Positions 29,752 through 40,182 of a DNA stretch of 64,000 nucleotides are shown piece after piece. Position 1 is the first letter of the stretch; every line of letters starts with the position of its first letter. A program made the position numbers and the translations under genes. The notes beneath the pieces are model-generated. The model searched no databases. It saw nothing but the letters and a program-made list of their open reading frames with translations, and was not told where the DNA came from. Source of the DNA: an uncultured Parabacteroides sp. (GTDB lineage Bacteria; Bacteroidota; Bacteroidia; Bacteroidales; Tannerellaceae); NCBI GenBank assembly GCA_944326775.1, contig CALVFH010000001.1, positions 402 to 64,401 on the forward strand, given 5' to 3'.

Positions 29752-30534
29752 ATGAATAAGATTGTAAGTAAAGAACATTTCTCGGCCAATGTGGTGAAGC
29801 TGGAGGTGGAAGCGCCGCTGATAGCCCGCTCGCGGAAGCCGGGACATTTCGTGATTGTCCGTGTCGGCGAAAAGGGCGAGCGCATCCCGCTGACCATCGC
29901 CGGGGCTGATACGCAGAAAGGGACAATTACGCTGGTGATTCAGGCGGTGGGAGCTTCTTCCCGCAAAATCTGCGAGCTGAACGTGGGCGATTATATTACC
30001 GACCTGGTAGGCCCGCTCGGACAGGCTACGCATATCGAGAAAGTCGGGACGGTGGTATGTGCCGGAGGCGGCGTGGGCGTGGCTCCGCTGTTGCCTATCG
30101 TCGAGGGCTTCCATAAGGCGGGCAACCGCGTGGTGGTGGTCCTGGCTGCCCGGACGAAAGATTTGATTATCCTGGAAGACCAGATGCGTGCCAATGCCGA
30201 CGAGGTGATTATCATGACCGACGACGGTTCGTATGGCCAAAAAGGCCTGGTGACCGACGGGGTGGAAGAAGTTATCAAACGGGAGCATGTGGATTTGTGC
30301 GTAACTATCGGTCCGGCCATCATGATGAAGTTTGTGGCCGCCCTGACGAAGAAGTACAACATCCCGACCGTCGCTTCGCTGAACACGATTATGGTCGATG
30401 GTACCGGAATGTGCGGCGCCTGCCGGATTACCGTGGGCGGGAAGACCCGTTTTGTCTGCGTGGATGGACCAGAGTTTGATGCCCACCAGGTTGATTTCGA
30501 TGAGTTGCTGATGCGCCTGAGCGCTTATAAATAA
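29752..30534 (+). CDS. Ferredoxin:NADP oxidoreductase small subunit (NfnA/SudB-like)
   Basis: GERIPLTI, GPLG, GGGVG, MVDGTGMCGACR..CVDGPEF. Confidence 0.88.
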   Translation: MNKIVSKEHFSANVVKLEVEAPLIARSRKPGHFVIVRVGEKGERIPLTIAGADTQKGTITLVIQAVGASSRKICELNVGDYITDLVGPLGQATHIEKVGTVVCAGGGVGVAPLLPIVEGFHKAGNRVVVVLAARTKDLIILEDQMRANADEVIIMTDDGSYGQKGLVTDGVEEVIKREHVDLCVTIGPAIMMKFVAALTKKYNIPTVASLNTIMVDGTGMCGACRITVGGKTRFVCVDGPEFDAHQVDFDELLMRLSAYK

Positions 30535-30550
30535 GGAGGGAAAGAAGACT

Positions 30551-32020
30551 ATGACAGAACAAGAACAACTGATTGCTTCGCGTAGGGCCGAGCCGTGGCG
30601 CGAAGAACTCCGCAAGCAGATGAAGAACAAGGAGCGTACGGAAATCCCGCGCGTGAAGATGAACGAGCTGGACCCGGAATACCGCAGCCATACGCGCCGC
30701 GAAGAGGTGAACCTCGGACTGACGGCCGAACAGGCCCGGCGTGAGGCGCAGCGTTGCCTGGACTGCCCCAAGCCGACGTGCATGCAGGGTTGCCCGGTAG
30801 GAATCCAGATTCCTTCCTTTATCAAGAATATCGAACGGGGCGAATTTCTCGAAGCAGCCCGCATCCTGAAAGAGACAAGTGCCCTGCCTGCCGTGTGCGG
30901 CCGTGTCTGCCCGCAGGAAAAGCAATGCGAGAGCCAGTGTATCCATCTGAAGATGGGGAAAGAGCCGGTGGCCATCGGCTACCTGGAGCGTTTCGCTGCC
31001 GATTACGAGCGCGAGAGCGGACACATCTCCGTCCCCGAAGTAGCTCCGGCAAACGGCATCAAGGTAGCCGTAGTCGGTTCCGGTCCGGCCGGTTTGTCTT
31101 TTGCCGGCGAAATGGCCAAGCGCGGATACGACGTGACGGTCTTCGAAGCGCTGCACGAGATTGGCGGCGTGTTGAAATATGGCATCCCGGAGTTCCGCCT
31201 GCCGAACCAAATCGTAGATGTGGAAATCGACGGGCTGCGCAAGATGGGCGTACATTTCGTGACCAACTGCATTATCGGCAAGACGCTGTCGTATGATGAT
31301 TTGCACGACGATGGCTTCCGCGGCATCTTTGTAGCCAGCGGAGCGGGACTGCCGAACTTCATGGGTATCCCGGGCGAAAACCTCGTCGGCGTGATGTCGT
31401 CAAACGAATACCTTACCCGTGTGAACCTGATGGATGCAGCCGACCCGGATAGCGATACGCCGGTGATGGAAGGCAAGCGCGTGGCGGTCATCGGAGGAGG
31501 TAACACCGCGATGGATTCTGTCCGTACGGCCCGCCGCCTGGGTGCCCAGCGTGCGATGATTGTTTACCGCCGCAGCGAAGAGGAAATGCCTGCCCGCGTG
31601 GAAGAGGTGAAACATGCGAAGGAAGAGGGCGTGGAGTTCCTGACCCTCCACAACCCGATTGAATATCTCGGCGACGAGCGCGGACGTGTCCGCCAGATGC
31701 GCCTCCAGAAGATGCAGCTGGGTGAGCCCGATGCCTCAGGCCGCCGTCGCCCCGTGCCTGTCGAAGGTGCCATCGAGACGGTAGATGTCGATGAGGTGAT
31801 TGTCAGCGTGGGCGTGTCGCCGAATCCGCTGATACCCCGTGCGTTCAAGGGACTTGAGATCAGCAAGAAAGGAACCATCGTGGTCGATGAAGCCTCCCGC
31901 CGTTCCGCCCTGCCCGACGTCTATGCCGGTGGCGACATTGTCCGTGGCGGTGCTACCGTAATCCTCGCGATGGGCGATGGCAAGAAAGCTGCCGAAGGAA
32001 TGGACAACGCTTTAAGATAA
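30551..32020 (+). CDS. GltD-like large subunit (NfnB/SudA-like; often annotated NADPH-dependent glutamate synthase)
   Basis: RCLDCPKPTCMQGCPV, CGRVCPQEKQCE, GSGPAG, GGGNTAMD, AGGD; no gltB adjacent. Confidence 0.88.
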   Translation: MTEQEQLIASRRAEPWREELRKQMKNKERTEIPRVKMNELDPEYRSHTRREEVNLGLTAEQARREAQRCLDCPKPTCMQGCPVGIQIPSFIKNIERGEFLEAARILKETSALPAVCGRVCPQEKQCESQCIHLKMGKEPVAIGYLERFAADYERESGHISVPEVAPANGIKVAVVGSGPAGLSFAGEMAKRGYDVTVFEALHEIGGVLKYGIPEFRLPNQIVDVEIDGLRKMGVHFVTNCIIGKTLSYDDLHDDGFRGIFVASGAGLPNFMGIPGENLVGVMSSNEYLTRVNLMDAADPDSDTPVMEGKRVAVIGGGNTAMDSVRTARRLGAQRAMIVYRRSEEEMPARVEEVKHAKEEGVEFLTLHNPIEYLGDERGRVRQMRLQKMQLGEPDASGRRRPVPVEGAIETVDVDEVIVSVGVSPNPLIPRAFKGLEISKKGTIVVDEASRRSALPDVYAGGDIVRGGATVILAMGDGKKAAEGMDNALR

Positions 32021-32040
32021 ATAATTCTGTTTAAAAAAGA

Positions 32041-32073
32041 ACGAGGGTGTATCCCAAAAAGGTACATCCTCGT
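32041..32073. terminator. Hairpin between convergent nfnB-like and esterase genes
   Basis: acgagggtgta...tacatcctcgt inverted repeat with A-rich left flank. Confidence 0.65.
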
Positions 32074-32133
32074 CTTGTTATGGTTCTCCGACGACATGCC
32101 TTACAGGCACACCGTCACGAGTTTCCTAATTTC

Positions 32134-33414
<1,281 letters not shown>

Positions 33415-33427
33415 CTACCTTTGCAAC

Positions 33428-33546
33428 AATCACAGAACAAATGTGATGCAAGGGTTTATGAAAAGCCTTAACTAACTTTTTCTTTTTGTTTAAAACGGTT
33501 AAATGTAGAAACGGCCAAGCGAGACGCTCCGCCGTTTTCTTTTTTA
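33428..33546 (+). ncRNA. Candidate small RNA (about 120 nt, three stem-loops)
   Basis: TACCTTTG at 33416-33423 pointing into an intergenic gap; stems atcaca/tgtgat and aagggttt/aaagcctt; terminator agaaacggc..gccgttttc plus T-run. Confidence 0.6.
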
Positions 33547-33560
33547 TATCCCCTCACTCT

Positions 33561-34451
33561 TTAAAATTCCAGCTGGACCACCTGAGGATTATGGTCGCTC
33601 AGATACCCCGTCGGGCCGGCAGGTTCCTGGGCTATTTCCGAACGCAGCACATGGATTTGCGGAGTAACGAAGATGAAATCGATTTTATGACGTTCTTCTA
33701 CGGGCTGACGGCCGTAATCATGGAACGTATAGGCGGGGCCTGCGGTTACCTCGGCAATCTTGTGCGCATCTTTCAGAACGAAAGCGTTGGTAGTCAAAGT
33801 CCGGTAGGCCTCTGAATCGTCCGCCACGTTGAAATCGCCCGTCAAGACAGCCGGCTGGTCGCCCACAATCGTCTTGATGCTGTCGATAATCAGCAAAGCC
33901 CCGTTCTTGCGAGCCTCTACCCCTACATGGTCGAAATGCGTATTGACTCCCATAAAAATCTTTCCCGTAGCCTTGTCTTTGAACTTAGCCCAGGTAGCCA
34001 CGCGCGTGCAAGCACCGTCCCAACCGATAAAGCCCACGCTGTCGGGATACTGGGAAAGCCAGAAAGTGTTGCTGGCCAGCACATCGAACTTGTCGGTACG
34101 GTAAAGGATGGCGGAATATTCCCCTTTCGTTTTTCCGTCCTCACGCCCTACGCCGATAGCCGCATAACCCGGCAGACCGGCTTTCAAATCTTCCAACTGA
34201 TGATGCAAGACTTCCTGCATGCCCACAATGTCGATCTGCTTGTCGCGGATAAACTTGCAGACGCTGTCTTTCCGGTGCGACCAACTGTTCTGGCCGTCGG
34301 CATCGGTATCCATACGGATATTGAACGTAGCCCATTCAATCTGGGTTTTCTGAGGAGCAGCTTCGGCCTCGGCTGTAGCTGTCTGTGCTTTTTTGCCTGA
34401 GCAACTGCAAACCAACAGGACACTCAAGGCAAGATAAAACAAATTCTTCAT
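33561..34451 (-). CDS. Endonuclease/exonuclease/phosphatase family lipoprotein
   Basis: Lipobox VCSC; TFNIR, GMQEV, NTHFDH, TGDFN, IDFIF, SDHNP. Confidence 0.88.
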   Translation of the reverse strand: MKNLFYLALSVLLVCSCSGKKAQTATAEAEAAPQKTQIEWATFNIRMDTDADGQNSWSHRKDSVCKFIRDKQIDIVGMQEVLHHQLEDLKAGLPGYAAIGVGREDGKTKGEYSAILYRTDKFDVLASNTFWLSQYPDSVGFIGWDGACTRVATWAKFKDKATGKIFMGVNTHFDHVGVEARKNGALLIIDSIKTIVGDQPAVLTGDFNVADDSEAYRTLTTNAFVLKDAHKIAEVTAGPAYTFHDYGRQPVEERHKIDFIFVTPQIHVLRSEIAQEPAGPTGYLSDHNPQVVQLEF

Positions 34452-34470
34452 GTCTGTTATCATTTATGAT

Positions 34471-35082
34471 TTATAAATTAAGTTCACCTTTTCCCTGACG
34501 GATAATCTCAAACTCGTCGGTAGTGCAATCGACCACGGTAGATGGCTCGATACCACCCATTCCCCCGTCAATCACGACAGGGACCTGGTTGGCGAATTTC
34601 TCCTGAATCAATTCCGGGTCCGTAGAATATTCTATCAGCTCGTCATCCTCATCGTGAACCGACATGGTAAGCAAGGGGTTTCCCAGTTCTTCCACCAATG
34701 TGCGGACAATCTTATTGTCGGGCACGCGAATCCCCACTTCTTTCCGGTTCTTGTATATTTTCGGAAGTTCGCTGCTGGTCGGCAGGATAAACGTGAAAGG
34801 CCCGGGCAAGTTTTTCTTCATCAGTTTAAAAGCGGCATTGCTGACCTTGGCATATTCGCTCAGGTTGGACAAACCGGAACAAATAATGGACAGATTGCTT
34901 TTCTGAGGATTCACCCCCTTTATCCGGCAAATACGTTCCACCGCCCGGACATTCAGCGCATCGCAGCCTATCGCATACACCGTATCGGTAGGATAGACAA
35001 TCAGCTCCCCTTCACGCAAGGCATTAACCACCTTCGCAACATCCCGGGGATTGGGATTTTCTTCATAGAGTTTAATCAGCAT
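34471..35082 (-). CDS. Sua5/YrdC/YciO family threonylcarbamoyl-AMP synthase
   Basis: YPTDTVYAIGC, LPGPFTFIL, VGIRVP, PSTVVD, RQGKG. Confidence 0.9.
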   Translation of the reverse strand: MLIKLYEENPNPRDVAKVVNALREGELIVYPTDTVYAIGCDALNVRAVERICRIKGVNPQKSNLSIICSGLSNLSEYAKVSNAAFKLMKKNLPGPFTFILPTSSELPKIYKNRKEVGIRVPDNKIVRTLVEELGNPLLTMSVHDEDDELIEYSTDPELIQEKFANQVPVVIDGGMGGIEPSTVVDCTTDEFEIIRQGKGELNL

Positions 35083-35104
35083 CTTAAGCGTTACGAATTA
35101 CGAC

Positions 35105-35962
35105 TTATCCATAGATAATATGTCCGTTCTCGTCGGTATATTCCTCCAAGCCTTTGCTGTATTGGTTCATGGCACGGAGGCTCATCCCCATGCTGGAGAA
35201 ACCGCCGTCGTGATAGAGGTTCTGCATCGTCACCTTGCGGGTGAAATCGGAGAACATCAAGACGCAATAGCCGGCACATTCATCGGCCGTTGCATTGCCT
35301 AACGGGCTCATCTTATTGGCAAAATCCATCAGATGTTCCATACCTTTCACACCGTTGCCGGCAGTAGTAGGCGTAGGAGACTGGGAGATGGTATTAATCC
35401 GGACATTCTTCTCGCGTCCGTAGATATACCCGAAGCTGCGGGCTATCGATTCCAGCAGGCTCTTGGCATCGGCCATGTCGTTATATCCGAAGAACGTACG
35501 CTGGGCAGCCACATAACTCAGAGCTACGACCGAACCATATTCGGCAATCGCGTCCATCTTCTTGGCTACCTGCAACATCTTATGGAAAGATATGGCGGAA
35601 ATATCGAGCGTCTTCTGAAGGAAATTGTAATCCAGATCGTCATAAGTACGTTTCTTGCGGACATTCGGACTCATCCCGATAGAATGGAGGACAAAATCGA
35701 CCGGACCACCCAGGATTTCCATCGACCGGGAGAATACTTGCTGTAAATCATCTACACTCGTAGCATCGGCGGGAATGATTTCTGCGTTCAGCTTCTTCCC
35801 CAGCTCGTCGATCTGTCCCATGCGTACAGCCATCGGGGTATTGCTCAACGTTATCGTTGCCCCTTCATCCACAGCACGCTCCGCCACCTTCCAGGCGATA
35901 GACATGTCGTTCAATGCTCCGAAAATAATACCTTTCTTGCCTTTCAATAAATTATGTCCCAT
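35105..35962 (-). CDS. fabI: Enoyl-ACP reductase
   Basis: GIIFGALNDMSIAW, HSIGMS, YNDMADAK; TACTTTTG at 35992-35999 supports the start at MGHNLL. Confidence 0.9.
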   Translation of the reverse strand: MGHNLLKGKKGIIFGALNDMSIAWKVAERAVDEGATITLSNTPMAVRMGQIDELGKKLNAEIIPADATSVDDLQQVFSRSMEILGGPVDFVLHSIGMSPNVRKKRTYDDLDYNFLQKTLDISAISFHKMLQVAKKMDAIAEYGSVVALSYVAAQRTFFGYNDMADAKSLLESIARSFGYIYGREKNVRINTISQSPTPTTAGNGVKGMEHLMDFANKMSPLGNATADECAGYCVLMFSDFTRKVTMQNLYHDGGFSSMGMSLRAMNQYSKGLEEYTDENGHIIYG

Positions 35963-36055
35963 AACTTTAATCATTACTTTATTTATCGGCGCAAAAGTAC
36001 GATAAATCCGCCATTTATGCAACCAAGGTGCTGAAGGCGGAATTGCCTCTCGCTG

Positions 36056-38524
36056 TTACTCCCGGTAATAAACACGCTTGACACGCGGAGAAACTGAGGT
36101 CAGAATTTCGTAAGGGATGGTACGGAGATGGTCGGAGAGCTCATTCACATCCAGTCCCTCACCGAAGACAACAACCGTATCGCCTTCCTCGGCCTGAATA
36201 TCCGTCACATCGACCATGCAGGCGTCCATACAGATATTTCCAATAATCGGACAACGTTGCCCATTTACCAGCACAACGCCCTCCCGATTGCTAAGATGGC
36301 GGTTCAGTCCGTCGGCATACCCGATAGGAATAATCGCAATCCGTGAATCGCGGTCCACATAACTCCGGCGACCATAGCCGATGGAATCGCCCTTCGGCAC
36401 CTGCTGGATTTGAAGAATTGTGGTTTTCAGCGTACTCACATTGCGCAAACCATTCAAGCCCGAGGCACTGACCCCATACAGTCCGATGCCAAGACGCACC
36501 ATATCCATCTGGTACTGCGGGAATCGCTCAATCCCCGCCGTGTTGAGAATATGCTTGATCACCTTATATTCCAACCCCTCTTCCAAAGCGGAAGCTGCCA
36601 ACTGGAATTTCCGGATTTGCTCCAGAGTAAACTCGTCGAACACCGAAGAATCGCTACCGGCCAAATGAGAAAATACCGAACGGACCACCACGCCGCTTTG
36701 TTGCTTCAGACGGGCACAGACAAAAGGCATATCTGCGGGTTGGAAACCTAAGCGATGCATGCCGGTATCCACCTTTATATGTATCGGATAAGAGATAATT
36801 CCCCGCCGCTCAGTCTCGTGAATAATCGCATCGAGCAAACGGAAACTATACACTTCCGGTTCCAGGTTATTTTCGAACAAGACGTTGAAACTCCCAAACT
36901 CAGGGTTCATCACCATAATAGGAATCGTTATCCCGGCATTGCGCAATTCTTCCCCTTCGTCGGCTACGGCAACGGCCAGATAGTCGCACCGATGCTCCTG
37001 CAAGGTCTTGGCCAGTTCGTAAGCACCCGCTCCATAGGCCGAAGCTTTAACCATGCAAACCATTTTGGTAGTGGGTTTCAGGCGCGAACGATAGAAATTA
37101 AAATTATGAACAATCGCATCCAGATTTACTTCCAACGTCGTCTCATGGACTTTCTTGACCAGACGCTCGGTAATCCGTTCGAAATGGAAATGACGGGAGC
37201 CTTTTATCAGAATCAGTTCATTGCGGAACTTCTGATGCATGGGTTGAGCCAAAAGCTCTTCCGTAGTCTGATAGAACTCCTTTTCCCTGACAGTAAACAG
37301 ATTTTCAAATTCCTTTAAGTCCTTCCCGATACCAATCAGACGATTCACCTTGCGGCGCTCTATCAAATCGGCCACTTTGCGGTACAGCGATTTAGGCAAT
37401 GTACCCGACTGGAGGATATCTGAAAGAATCAGCGTCGATTTCATTGGCTTGCCTACTTTCCGGCTCTGTTGGAAATCAAGCGCAATATCCAGAGAGTTGA
37501 TGTCTGAATTGTATGTATCATTAATTAAAAGGCAGCCGTTAATCCCTTCCTTTACCTCCAAACGCATCGCTACCGGTTCCAAATGCCGGAATTTCTCGAC
37601 ATCGTTCACACTGGTCGGTTTCAGATAAAGCATCACAGCCATACAATGGATAACATTCTCGATAGAAGCATCATCAGTAAAGGGGATGGTATAAACCCGC
37701 TCAAACCCCAGCATGGCACAATGGATGACCGTTTCGTTCGCCTTCTTCTCAATCGATTCTATATACAGCGGAGCTTCTGTATCCGTACGGCTCCAAACGA
37801 TTGCCTTATGAGATAAACAAGAAGCCTCCATCGCATCGGCAATCAGCGTATTGTCGCCATCGTAAATAATCGCCTCGCTATCGGCAAAAAGCTGTAACTT
37901 CTCGCGGCATTTCTGCCCCATCGACACAAAATTTTCCTGATGAGCCTCGCCGATGCTGGTAATAACTCCCACGGTCGGAGCGATAATCGGCTGGAGCAGC
38001 TCCATCTCATCGGGTTGTGAGATACCCGCTTCAAAAATGCCCAAAGTGTGGCGGTCGTTCATCTCCCAAACCGAGAGAGGCACACCGATTTGCGAATTGT
38101 AACTCCGCGGAGAACGGACAATGTTGAATTCCCCCCGGAGCAACTGATAAAGGAATTCCTTAACAATCGTCTTCCCATTGCTTCCCGTGATGCCGATAAC
38201 CGGTATATGAAAGCGCTTCCGATGAAAGGCTACCAACTTCTGCAAGGCCCGAAGCGTATCTTTCACAATCAAAAAATTAGCATCCGGCACGGTGGAAAAT
38301 TCAGGAAGGACATCGCTGACAACAAAATTACGCACCCCCAATTTGTAAAGGTCTTTAATATAACGATGCCCGTCATTGGTTTTTGTTTTCAGAGCAAAAA
38401 ACAAACTTGCTTCCGGAAATGACAAGCGACGGCTATCGGTCAACAAGATGCTGATAACTGCATCATGCCATTCTGCTGGACGGGCGGATATGGCCCGGGC
38501 GACTTCTTGTATCTGATACTCCAT
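36056..38524 (-). CDS. alr: Bifunctional MurF-like ligase / alanine racemase
   Basis: N-terminal ITGSNGKT, SYNSQIGVP, INDTYNS, IKGSR; C-terminal MVKASAYGAG (PLP lysine), HIKVDTGMHRLG, IGYADG, ICMD. Confidence 0.93.
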   Translation of the reverse strand: MEYQIQEVARAISARPAEWHDAVISILLTDSRRLSFPEASLFFALKTKTNDGHRYIKDLYKLGVRNFVVSDVLPEFSTVPDANFLIVKDTLRALQKLVAFHRKRFHIPVIGITGSNGKTIVKEFLYQLLRGEFNIVRSPRSYNSQIGVPLSVWEMNDRHTLGIFEAGISQPDEMELLQPIIAPTVGVITSIGEAHQENFVSMGQKCREKLQLFADSEAIIYDGDNTLIADAMEASCLSHKAIVWSRTDTEAPLYIESIEKKANETVIHCAMLGFERVYTIPFTDDASIENVIHCMAVMLYLKPTSVNDVEKFRHLEPVAMRLEVKEGINGCLLINDTYNSDINSLDIALDFQQSRKVGKPMKSTLILSDILQSGTLPKSLYRKVADLIERRKVNRLIGIGKDLKEFENLFTVREKEFYQTTEELLAQPMHQKFRNELILIKGSRHFHFERITERLVKKVHETTLEVNLDAIVHNFNFYRSRLKPTTKMVCMVKASAYGAGAYELAKTLQEHRCDYLAVAVADEGEELRNAGITIPIMVMNPEFGSFNVLFENNLEPEVYSFRLLDAIIHETERRGIISYPIHIKVDTGMHRLGFQPADMPFVCARLKQQSGVVVRSVFSHLAGSDSSVFDEFTLEQIRKFQLAASALEEGLEYKVIKHILNTAGIERFPQYQMDMVRLGIGLYGVSASGLNGLRNVSTLKTTILQIQQVPKGDSIGYGRRSYVDRDSRIAIIPIGYADGLNRHLSNREGVVLVNGQRCPIIGNICMDACMVDVTDIQAEEGDTVVVFGEGLDVNELSDHLRTIPYEILTSVSPRVKRVYYRE

Positions 38525-38578
38525 ATTACACACAATTAAATGACGAATTGTGAGCTATGCCTTACTTTTACATCACTC

Positions 38579-39550
38579 TCACAATTCTCCTTTATCTGTT
38601 TGGGCTCCAAAGTAAGGAAATTTCTCCATAAAGCGTTGCTTCTTTAACATAGTTTGATGCTGGAATTGCTTATAAGCCTCGCTTTCCGGATTCAGAGGCC
38701 TATGTGAAAGGGCTTTTTGTATCTTCTGCCATTCTTGCATAGCTTCTAAAGTCTCCGAGGCCAGATAATTTTCACAGAATGTTTCCCAAATATAAGAGAC
38801 GGCCTGCTCCGAAGGATGGAGCATATCGCCAGCATAAAACCGGTAATCACGCAATTCATCCATCATCAACTCATAAGCCGGGAAATAAATGATACGCTCG
38901 GGATAACGTTCCTGCAACTGATCTATAGCCAGCAATAAGGTTGCCTTGCTCAACTGGTTCCCATGTGCCCCGTCTTTCCAATGGCGGATAGGACTAACTG
39001 TCAAGATTAACGACAGCTGTGGATTACGGGAAAAAAGATTGTCCAACAGCAAAGTCCAGTCTTCCACAATAGAGGCTACGGAAAGACGTTCACGCACGAA
39101 CTCCCGCTCAGGCACCTTATGACAATTAGACACGACCTGTCCTGTCTGCCGAAGTCGATAGGCATAAGCTGTCCCCCAAGTAACGACCAGACAAGTCAAC
39201 CGGTCCATACGCGCAGAGGCCCTCACTAACCGAGCATTGATATTCGCCAGACAAGTTCCTTTCGATGCCGACGAAAACCCTCCATGATGCATCCAGCTAT
39301 GCCACAGCCCGTTCCACAAGAATAAATCGGCCTCACCATACGGCTTGCCAACAACTATCTGCCGAAGAGCCGAAGCTATAGACGCCGGATTATACAAGAT
39401 ACCAAAAGGGTTTACGTCAATATCAAATTGATTGGCTTCCATAGTTTCGCCGATATTTTGGGCAAAGCACGAGCCCATCAACAAATAAGCATCTGCATAC
39501 GAAAACCGGCGCGGGGGGTGGGAGATGGCGATGTTCGTAAAAAAGTTCAT
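38579..39550 (-). CDS. GSCFA domain protein
   Basis: MGSCFA, NPFGILYNP, NCHKVP, TVSPIRH, YFPAYE. Confidence 0.9.
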   Translation of the reverse strand: MNFFTNIAISHPPRRFSYADAYLLMGSCFAQNIGETMEANQFDIDVNPFGILYNPASIASALRQIVVGKPYGEADLFLWNGLWHSWMHHGGFSSASKGTCLANINARLVRASARMDRLTCLVVTWGTAYAYRLRQTGQVVSNCHKVPEREFVRERLSVASIVEDWTLLLDNLFSRNPQLSLILTVSPIRHWKDGAHGNQLSKATLLLAIDQLQERYPERIIYFPAYELMMDELRDYRFYAGDMLHPSEQAVSYIWETFCENYLASETLEAMQEWQKIQKALSHRPLNPESEAYKQFQHQTMLKKQRFMEKFPYFGAQTDKGEL

Positions 39551-39662
39551 ATCATTAATAATAGTAGGTCATCCATAAAAAACTAACAGCTGTATAAAAA
39601 TCGCCACGAATAAATAAGGGGAAGAAAAGGAATAGACAGGAAGCATATAAAAAAGCTCATTC

Positions 39663-39714
39663 CGAGTTGCCGATTACGAACCGGGAAGTTTCCGGCTCAT
39701 AATCTCAACTCTCG
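39663..39714 (-). other. Long RNA hairpin at the 3' end of the dcw-yqeY transcript
   Basis: GAGUUG-A-GAUUAUGAGCCGG-AAACUUC-CCGGUUCGUAAUC-GG-CAACUC; G-U pairs only on the minus strand. Confidence 0.65.
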
Positions 39715-39721
39715 ACCTATA

Positions 39722-40171
39722 TTAATTCAGAAGTTTCTTGACAGTTTCAGAAATAGCACGACCTTCGGCACGTCCGGCAAGGGCTTTCGAAGCAACCCCC
39801 ATTACCTTACCCATATCTTTCGGACTGGAAGCACCAACCTGCTCGATAATTTTCTTCAATTCCGCCTCCAGTTCCTCAGCCGTCATCTGCTTAGGCAAAT
39901 ACTTTTCAAGAACAGTAACCTGCGCCAATTCACCATCGGCAAGGTCCTGACGTCCTTGCTGAACATAAATAGCAGCTGAATCCTTCCCCTGTTTTACCAG
40001 TTTCTGAATGAGCTTCAAAGCATCTGCATCAGTCAATGTATCATTAGCTCCCGGAGCTGTTTTAGCCTCAAGGAATACCTTCTTTACGTTTCTCAATGTT
40101 TCGAGGGCTACTTTGTCTTTCGCCTTCATTGCGTTTTTAATGTCTTCGCTGACCTGACTAAATAAATCCAT
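39722..40171 (-). CDS. GatB/YqeY domain protein
   Basis: DIKNAMKAKDK, YLPKQM, KDMGKVMG. Confidence 0.92.
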   Translation of the reverse strand: MDLFSQVSEDIKNAMKAKDKVALETLRNVKKVFLEAKTAPGANDTLTDADALKLIQKLVKQGKDSAAIYVQQGRQDLADGELAQVTVLEKYLPKQMTAEELEAELKKIIEQVGASSPKDMGKVMGVASKALAGRAEGRAISETVKKLLN

Positions 40172-40182
40172 ATTTCTTATTT

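Noticed and set aside
29746-30975. 409-aa minus-strand ORF and similar long overlapping ORFs (6065-7045, 24332-25270, 25870-26889, 59992-61053, 61284-62246)
   Set aside because: Antisense or off-frame shadows of well-supported genes, expected in GC-rich coding DNA.
36056-38524. MurF-Alr fusion as a novelty
   Set aside because: A known, common Bacteroidetes fusion.
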